The notes beneath the pieces were generated by a model. It made no database searches. It saw nothing but the letters and a program-made list of their open reading frames with translations, and was not told the DNA's origin. A stretch of DNA of 64,000 nucleotides from Enoplolaimus lenunculus (taxonomy: Eukaryota), in the NCBI GenBank assembly GCA_030248215.1, contig JASANG010003810.1:558001-622000 (forward strand). Reading direction: 5' to 3'. A program made the translations under genes and the position numbers. Positions 21,701 to 31,500 of the stretch are shown in pieces. Every line of letters starts with the position of its first letter. Positions within the stretch are counted from its first letter, which is position 1.

Positions 21701-24700
21701 TGTTTAGCCCCCACCCCCCAACAAGGTGAGCTGGCTACGAGCCTGGACTGGTTGTATACCTCAAATAAATAAGTGAGTTTTCATTTGCTGTTTGAGTAAT
21801 TTTTTTCATCTTTAAATGTGATTGGCTCGTTTCTAAAGCCAATATGATTTGCTTATTTCATTCCTTCAGGGATTTCTGGGGGTATTAATCTACGATGTAC
21901 CGCTGTTGTGCCTCTGTTGCTAATTTTCAATATTCCTCCTTAAGGGTTTCTAATTTGCGTTTTAAATGATTACTGTTTTAAGCTTTAATCATTTTCAGAT
22001 AATCACACCTGTGTCGTATTAACGAATATTGTTCGCTTCATTCAAATCTCTTATGTATAGAACAGGAGCCGAGTAGAATTGCAATATTTTGTGCTTACGC
22101 CATGGCCCGTTACCAACTCCCCTTGCTAAGGGGGCTAAAAAATTTTCAGCAGGGGCATTCAAGGGTTGTTAATGAGTTGCAATCAAGGTTGAAAAGTTTC
22201 TAGGAAGGGGTCAAACAGAGCACCATTACAGCCCCCCCTTGGCTACGGACCCGGTCTATAGTTTTAGACTCGATTTCGGGTTAAGCCTTGGGCTTCAATT
22301 CAGAATTAAGCTTAGGATTATTCTTAGATTGTCTGATTGGCTTAACGGATTGAAGCTAACGGTTCGATTAACATTTAGGCTTAAGTTTATGCACACACGT
22401 AACTTTAGGCAAACAGTCACGCTTAGGCTTAGGCTAAGGCTTAAATTCACACTAATGCGGATTTCACGTTAGATTGAAGTTAACGGTTCGATTAACATTT
22501 AGGCTTAAGTTTATGCACACACGTAACTTTAGGCAAACAGTCACGCTTAGGCTTAGGCTAAGGCTTAAATTCACACTAATGCGGATTTCACGTTAGATTG
22601 AAGTTAACGGTTCGATTAACATTTAGGCTTAAGTTTATGCACACACGTAACTTTAGGCAAACAGTCACGCTTAGGCTTAGGCTAAGGCTTAAATTCACAC
22701 TAATGCGGATTTCACGTTAGATTGAAGTTAACGGTTCGATTAACATTTAGGCTTAAGTTTATGCACACACGTAACTTTAGGCAAACAGTCACGCTTAGGC
22801 TTAGGCTAAGGCTTAAATTCACACTAATGCGGATTTCACGTTAGATTGAAGTTAACGGTTCGATTAACATTTAGGCTTAAGTTTATGCACACACGTAACT
22901 TTAGGCAAACAGTCACGCTTAGGCTTAGGCTAAGGCTTAAATTCACACTAATGCGGATTTCACGTTAGATTGAAGTTAACGGTTCGATTAACATTTAGGC
23001 TTAAGTTTATGCACACACGTAACTTTAGGCAAACAGTCACGCTTAGGCTTAGGCTAAGGCTTAAATTCACACTAATGCGGATTTCACGTTAGATTGAAGT
23101 TAACGGTTCGATTAACATTTAGGCTTAAGTTTATGCACACACGTAACTTTAGGCAAACAGTCACGCTTAGGCTTAGGCTAAGGCTTAAATTCACACTAAT
23201 GCGGATTTCACGTTAGATTGAAGTTAACGGTTCGATTAACATTTAGGCTTAAGTTTATGCACACACGTAACTTTAGGCAAACAGTCACGCTTAGGCTTAG
23301 GCTAAGGCTTAAATTCACACTAATGCGGATTTCACGTTAGATTGAAGTTAACGGTTCGATTAACATTTAGGCTTAAGTTTATGCACACACGTAACTTTAG
23401 GCAAACAGTCACGCTTAGGCTAAGACTTAAACTCGCACTAATGACGATTTAACGTCAGAAATTGTGCCCTTGGCACCTTTTCCTACCCATAAGTAGAGGT
23501 AGAAACTACCTGTATGATCAGTTTGATAGCTAGCTACTACTCATATGGATACTTTACGTTTGAAGCTATGGGTAACTAACTAGTCTTGACTTGAAAAACA
23601 CAACTCACTGTACTGAACCGTTTTAAAGTGCAAGCTATAAGGTTCATTATGTTGTCGTCTATATGAGCTACTATCAGACATCTTGATTGAACCCATTAGA
23701 GTAGGTCAATATTTCGAAAACCTAGCTATGTGAAACATTACATTTTCCGTCGGTATCTGCAGCGGTAGCGAAAAAATAAGTGTGTACCACTATGGGTATA
23801 GTGACAAAACAGGTTCCAAGCGCACAATTGGTAACGTGAATCTCGCATAAATAGTTCAAATTGTGTCGTATATGTGAACCATTTAAATTATTAGTTTGAT
23901 ATACCAATTTAGTACGGTTCTTAGCTGATACCCAAATAATATCTGAGGTTATTTCAATGAATCGAAGCGTTAGAAATCAAGGTATTTTTATGAGAATAAA
24001 TTTAAACTCTAAGATTATATAGATTATTATTTTCACTGACTCCCACACTCGGGTTTTACTCACTTGTTATCTACCCTTCAGTGGCCTGGGGGTGACATTT
24101 TTTTCTGTTATTCCACCCATCGGGTAAAGAATTAAGGTGATCGGATGTAGTCTTCGGAAGCTTAAGTCAGCAAAACCCTTTTATGATTGGACCATTTTTA
24201 GGCAAGCGCCGGCTGCAAAAACTACAGAGAAGACCCGCGAGGTTGTCTAAAAACCGCTAACATTGAAAATATTATTTCGTTGTATATAAGGGCACATAAT
24301 AGAGTGGAATAAAGCCCCAATTCACACGTGCAAGTTTTTGCTGGGAGTAATCGCAGGTGCAATTTGCAAGTGCAAGTTTTTGCACTGAAAACTTTCGCTT
24401 GTATTGCAAGCGCAATTTGCGATTACGAGTTTTCGCTGCAAAATTTGCACGTGTGAACGGAGTTTTGTATTCCTGCTGTTAGAAATCAATATTGATTTTA
24501 CAGTAGTGTATAGTCAACAGTCATTTTACGTTTAGTGTTTTCGATTTTAATACATCGTCAAGCTCATGGTTGAAAAAGATTAAAATTTTGGCAAAAAATT
24601 CAAATTCAAATGTTGAAAATGTTGAAATTAAAAAATTGTTTTTTGTAAACTTTTTTTCAGAAGAACGAAAACTGTTCATTGGAATGTTGTCAAAGCAACA

Positions 24701-25466
24701 AAGCGAAGATGACGTCCGACGGCTGTTTGAACCATACGGATCGATTGAAGAATGTACTGTGCTACGTGGACCGGATGGCGCAAGTAAAGGTAAGTCCTTA
24801 CCCTTAAACTGGACCAATTTTTATTATCCGGGTCTGCCCACGAACTCAGATACTGGAAAGTTTAGGCTCAATCTTAGGCTTAGACTTAGGCGTATGTGTG
24901 GGATTAGGCGTATATTTAGAATTAGGCATATGTTATGAATTACTACGTGTAGTTTAGACTCAGTCTTAGACTTAGACTTAGGCGTATGTCTAGGATTAGG
25001 CGTATATTTAAAATTAGGTATATGTTATGAATCACTACGTGTAGTTTAGACTCAGTCTTAGACTTAGACTTAGGCGTATGTCTAGGATTAGGCGTATATT
25101 TAAAATTAGGTATATGTTATGAATTACTACGTGCATTTTTAGGTTAAGGCTTTTTAGGTTTAGGCATACGCTCAGGAGCCAGGCCCTAGTAGTTAACATG
25201 GGTCCATAAACCTAGGTTGAACCTAAGTATCTTCGTACAGGTATGGATTTAAATCCCCTAAGACAACATTTTTGTTAGCATGGCTAGCGACCGCTACAGG
25301 AAACTCGAAAGGATTCAGCGGGGAGGTAGAAAAATACAGATTTAAAAGCACTTTACATTCACTACCCTGTCGGTATATGTACACGGTACGTACGAAATGC
25401 AAAAAAGATTGCTATACATGTGCGCATATACTGGTATACGAAGTTGTTGCAATGTGACCAAATGGT

Positions 25467-25500
<34 letters not shown>

Positions 25501-28500
25501 CATGCTTGACTCGAGTGCAAGAGGGCCGAGGTTCGATTCCCGGTATGATCTTGAACTTTGAGCAAAACACCGAACAGGGTTCTTGGCAAACCGTGTAGTT
25601 TCAACGTGGTTCTTGTCAATAAACAGCATTGATTTATTTGCTAACGTAAAAGCAAGCAAAATTTAAGTTTTACAATTATAAAATTCACACATTTCTTAGC
25701 TTTTACTGAAATATTAATAATCGTGGTAAAACAAAAGTTAAGAAATTGCAAGCGAACTCTACGACTAATTATTAGTAGCTAAGTCATCATTTGCAAGTTG
25801 GATTTAAGTGCATTATTGCATTTTAATGTAATTGCTAATTGTAATATGCATTAATATGTTTTTTTTCAGGATGCGCGTTTTTAAAGTATTCCACACACGC
25901 AGAAGCGCAGTCTGCAATCACTAGCCTTCATGGTAGTCTTACTATGCCTGTAAGTATAGAAAAATTAGCAAAATTAAAATATTTTGAATAAATGACGCTA
26001 GTTTGTGTACGTTTTTTGCAATACAACGAAATTTATAATCTTCAGATACAAAGTATTCAGGCTATAAAGAAAGCGGTCAGGTGAACTTAGGGGTTGTATC
26101 AAATTGGTAATTGAACACGAATTAGGTGGAATGGTAACTTGATTAAAAAAGTTTTAATTTAAAAAATGTCAATTCAAAGTTTTTAAATTAAAAAATATCG
26201 CTTAAAGATTTAAATTGAGAAAATTTAAATTTAAATAATTTAAAATTTTAATGTTTAATTAATTTCAATTTACAAATTTAAAATTAAAAAATGTTAATTT
26301 TAAAAATTTAAAATAAAAAATTTATATACGGCTAAATTTAAAAATTTACGATAAAATATTTAAATGAGCTTAAATTTAAAAATTCAAAATAAAATTAAAA
26401 AATTTAACGTAAAACAATTAAAAAATTAAAATAAAATTTAAAAATTTTAACATAAACACAATTAAAAATTTAAAATAGATAAATTTAAATAAGATTAACT
26501 TTCAAAATTTGAATTCAAAAATTTAAATTTGAAAAAAAATGTAAATTTTCACCATTTTCAGGGCGCATCGTCGTCTCTTGTTGTCAAATTTGCGGATACA
26601 GAAAAAGAACGTCAACTCAGACGAATGCAACAAATGGCTGCACAAATGGGTTTGCTCAATCCGTTGTTGCTGAACCAGTTCGGAGCGTATACAGCCACCG
26701 CAGCAGCGGCGTACCAACAAGCTGAGGTACACGGATGGACCAACAGAGGACCAGCGATTCGCTGCCTCTGTCCGTAAAATTTCCCCGGCTCAGCTCAAAA
26801 ATTTGTCCACAGCATTAAATGAATCCTGTGTTAGCAAATTTTTTTCTTGACCACCGTATAATTCTATTTAGTCGTCTATCAGCGTTTCCAGGTTGCTATT
26901 CTGTCGAAGTCAAAGCCATTTCAGACCTTCAGCCATATTCTCAAGTGGTTTCGGGCTGAATTCCGGCAGAATTCTGTACAGTTATTAGCTCCACGTTCGA
27001 GGTCCTGATAGCCATAGGCAAGAAAACTTATCTGTAAACTGGAAAATATTCATGCAAGAAAGAGTTAACATTTTTGTTTACTTTTATTTTTCAGGACGTC
27101 AACTACTTACAACTGCTCCAGCAACAGTCAGCACTAATGGCTGCTGCAGCAGCTGCCGCTCAACAGCAACAAGTCGCTGGCGGCGGCGCACAGGCGTCAT
27201 CGCCAACGTCGCCCGCAACCGCTGCTACAGCATACTTGACGCCGTTAGCGGTAGCTGCAGCAGCGGCTGCTGGAGGCAACGGTGGCAGCGGTGCTTCGCC
27301 AGTGGCTGGAACACCACACGCAGCGTCGCTGTTTGGCGCAGGGACGCCTGTGGCAGCTACTGCGGGGCTGCCTCTCACATCGCTTACTGCAGGTGTGCCA
27401 ACTGCAGCTACTGTTATCCCGTCGTCGTGTTCGTATGGCGCTTGTAAGTCCGCGTGAAAATGGATCAATTAGGGAGGCCCAATACTTGTCTTGCGGCACC
27501 GTCCGTCACCATACGGTATCGTATGTGAGTAATTCACATACGATACCGCAAGGTGACGTACGGTGACGGACGGCGACTCAAGGCAACAGACGCGCCGGAA
27601 GGCACCGCACGACAATCGTACGTCGACAGACGGCGTCGAACGGTGACGGACGGCGCCGGACGTCATCAAAAGTATAGCGCCACCGTAAGCCATGTTTGAC
27701 TGGTTAAAATGTATAGAATTTTAACCTCTCATGTTGGGACATGGGTCGAACGGTTTCCCTATATGAACCATAGATACCATGAAATTGGGAAATTGAGTAG
27801 ATACGGTATGAAATATTGCTTGGAACATGGGCTCTGGGTTACACGTGTAAGGGGTGTGTTACCTACCCATAGGTCACTTTGGGTCATCTCGCATGTCGTC
27901 ACCGATATTCCTCTGTGGTGTATGTGGCGGTAGGTGGCTTGTGTATTCGTAACCGCTTCAATCAATGCGGTCTCGTAGTCAGAACGGAAACAAGGAGATC
28001 ATACTAGCAAAACGTTGGCATCACTTGCAAACACAGCTAATTTTCCTTGCGCCAAACGTGAAATTTTTTAGCACCCCCCACACAGTAAACTTGTTGCGCA
28101 GGCTACTGGTCAAAATCTGTGGCTTGATCAAATATTTTCAAATTTCCGAGACGAAACTGAAATGTTTCGGCGATTTTACCAAAAATCAGCACCCATTTTT
28201 TATTTGAAATGTTGGCCCATGTAAAGATCAGGGGCGGAACGTTTTTATGCGGGATTGTAATAGAGTAAGCTTAAGCTTTAGACTGATTTTTTTGCTTGAC
28301 TTAGGCTTAGGCGTAGGCTTAGGCTTAGAAATAAGCTTATTCTTACGCTAAGGCTTAGGCTTAGGTTTAGGCTTGGGAATACGCTCATTCTTACGCTTAG
28401 GCTTAGGCTTTAGCTTAGGCTTAGGAATACGCTTATAATACTGTCCCACCTCTAGTTTATGCTGATAATTAGAACTGTAAGTTGTTCAGTTGTATACACC

Positions 28501-31500
28501 GCTAGAACTAAGCTAGAAATATTTATCAATTGATTGAGTTTTAATTATATTTTCAGTATCAGCAGCGAATCCGTCAGCAGCAGCCGCTGCAGCTGCCGCT
28601 GCAATAAACGGCCTCCTTCAGACGTCAACCGGAGCAGCAGCAGCAGCAGCAGGCCAGGTATCTGGGATTCCACAGCTGTCTGGAACACTGGCTGCCGCCG
28701 CTGCAGCTGCGTCTGGGCTAGCGTCTGGGCCTGGCGGTGCTGCTATTAGTGCCGCTCATAACGGCGCCGGAACACCAATACCAGTATCAGCAGCGACAGA
28801 CCCAAACGCCGCGGTTGGTGTATCAACACCTTCGCTTTACGCCGCCAATGGACTTACGCATTTTTCGTGTAAGTTTGGCGATTTTCAGCGGCGTCGTACG
28901 GCGCTGTCCGTCACCGTCCGTTCTTAGTGACGCACGGTGACGGACGGCGACGAACGGCGACGATTAGCATTAAAGTTTTGAAAAAATGATTGGGCCACTC
29001 ACCAAGAAACGGTCACCTGATTGGTTAAAACAAACATCGTAAATTTTTAAAGTTTTGAAAAAATGATTGGGCCACCCAGAAAGAAACGGTCACCTGATTG
29101 GTTAAAACAAACCTCGTAAATTTTTAAAGTTTTGAAAAAATGATTGGGCCACCCACCAAGAAACGGTCACCTGATTGGTTAAAACAAACCTCGTAAATTT
29201 TTAAAGTTTTGAAAAAATGATTGGACCACCCACCAAGAAACGGCCACCTAATTGGTTGAGACAAACATCGTAAATTTTTAAAGTTTTGAAAAAATGATTG
29301 GGCCACCCAGAAAGAAACGGTCACCTGATTGGTTAAAACAAACCTCGTAAATTTTTAAAGTTTTGAAAAAATGATTGGGCCACCCACCAAGAAACGGTCA
29401 CCTGATTGGTTAAAACAAACCTCGTAAATTTTTAAAGTTTTGAAAAAATGATTGGACCACCCACCAAGAAACGGCCACCTAATTGGTTGAGACAAACATC
29501 GTAAATTAGGGTAATAAAAAGATACTTAGTTTGCAAAAAAAAAAACAATTAAAAAATGCCTCTGTCTTCTAATAAAGGTATACGATATTAATAATTAGTG
29601 GCACTGTTGACAAAATTATTTTAGATGTATGACAGTGGCAAAACTTACTACTTCGTAATACTTTGGTTATATATATTTGAAATTTGTAAACGAGTCAAAA
29701 TCAGGTATAAAATTTATTTGACAATTTAGAACGCATTATTTTCGGAATTTAAAATTAACAAAGTATTATATATAGAAAAATCTTTTTTTTTTAAATTCAA
29801 AACATTTGGCTCTTCTGGTTCGAACGTTGCATAAATTAAGTAGTACCAAGAGTGCATAATACAAGAGTGTGCCACTCTTTGGGTTCCACGATGGTACAAA
29901 ATGTACCACCGGGCGTTGTGTTTATGGCCGACCCCCCTTTGTTTAGAGGGGGGTCGAAATCACTTGAAATACTACGAAATTAAGCAGAGCATTTTTGATA
30001 CCGGATACATAAAGTGTGGTCCTTCGCATCGGTTGTACCCACCTCTAAAAAGGTGGGTGTAATTCAAAAACGAAGCGTCCGCTGTGTACATTGTTTTCAA
30101 CACAGAATTTACCCAGTTGCACACTCTTGTAAAAAGATTTATTGTCGACTTTTCCTAATACCAGTCACTGGCAAATGCTACCCTGTGAACAAAACCTTTC
30201 CGGCGTAAATCACTGATTTACCGTTTTGTTTATGCATTTCAGTAGCTCAACCAGGAACTCCGGGATCAGATCTCGCAGCAACGCCACTGTATACTAACGG
30301 AATTACGTCATTTTCAGGTAAATTATTAGTAGAATTACGTCATTTTTAGGTAAATTATTAGTGGAACTGCGTCATTTTTAGGTAAAGTATTTGCGGAATT
30401 ACGTCATTTTTAGGTAAAGTATTAGCGGAATTACTCATTTTTAGGTAAAGTATTAGCGGAATTACTCATTTTTAGGTAAAGTATTAGCGGAATTACGTCA
30501 TTTTTAGGTAAAGTATTAGCGGAATTACGTCATTTTTAGGTAAAGTATTAGCGGAATTACTCATTTTTAGGTAAAGTATTAGCGGAATTACGTCATTTTT
30601 AGGTAAAGTATTAGCGGAATTACTCATTTTTAGGTAAAGTATTAGCGGAATTACGTCATTTTTAGGTAAAGTATTAGCGGAATTACGTCATTTTTAGGTA
30701 AAGTATTAGCGGAATTACGTCATTTTTAGGTAAAGTATTAGCGGAATTACGTCATTTTTAGGTAAATTATCTCAAAATGTAATAGAATTTATTATTTAAT
30801 AAAGTTAACTTTATTAATAATTTTTTAAATTTGAGATAATATTTTAAAGTTAACTTTCAGTACCTTTTGCTTAATGCGCAAAGTTAAAACGGTCGTTGCA
30901 TAACTGGTTGATGACTGCCGGCTAGTTTCGACCCAAGTGCAGATCAGGGGTGAACCGTTTTTTCTGTGGGACTGCTATAGAGTAAGCTTAAAATTTCAAC
31001 TAATTTTCATATTTCGCTTAAGCTTAGGGTTAGACGTAGGCTTATAACGCCTATAGGCTTAGCAGTTTTACTCTTAGGCTTTGGCTTAGGTATACGCTTA
31101 TAACGTCTATAGGCTTATGCATATACTAATGATACGACCATTTTACACGTAGTCTTAGGCTTAGGTGTAAGCTTATAACGCCTTTATAAGCATGTTCCTA
31201 ACCCTAAGCCTAAGCCCAAGCCTAAGCGTAACAATGAGCATATTCCTATGCCTAAGCCTAAGCCTAAGCCTATAAGCCAAGCAAAAAAAAAAGATTAGTC
31301 TCAAGCTTATGCTTACTCTTTTCTAGTCCCACACAAAAACATGCCGCCCCTGATCTTTACATGGGCCCCATTTTTGTAAGGTTTCTAAAATTTGCCATAC
31401 TCATGGTTTATGGACCCGGTTGTCAGTGTAATATTTTAATTGAACCTTTGTTTAGCAGCAACTGCGGCAGATCTTCAAAACGCAACATCGTACAACGCGC

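Noticed and set aside
27160..27499. Antisense ORFs over exon E
   Set aside because: Shadow ORFs of a GC-rich Ala/Gly-coding exon.
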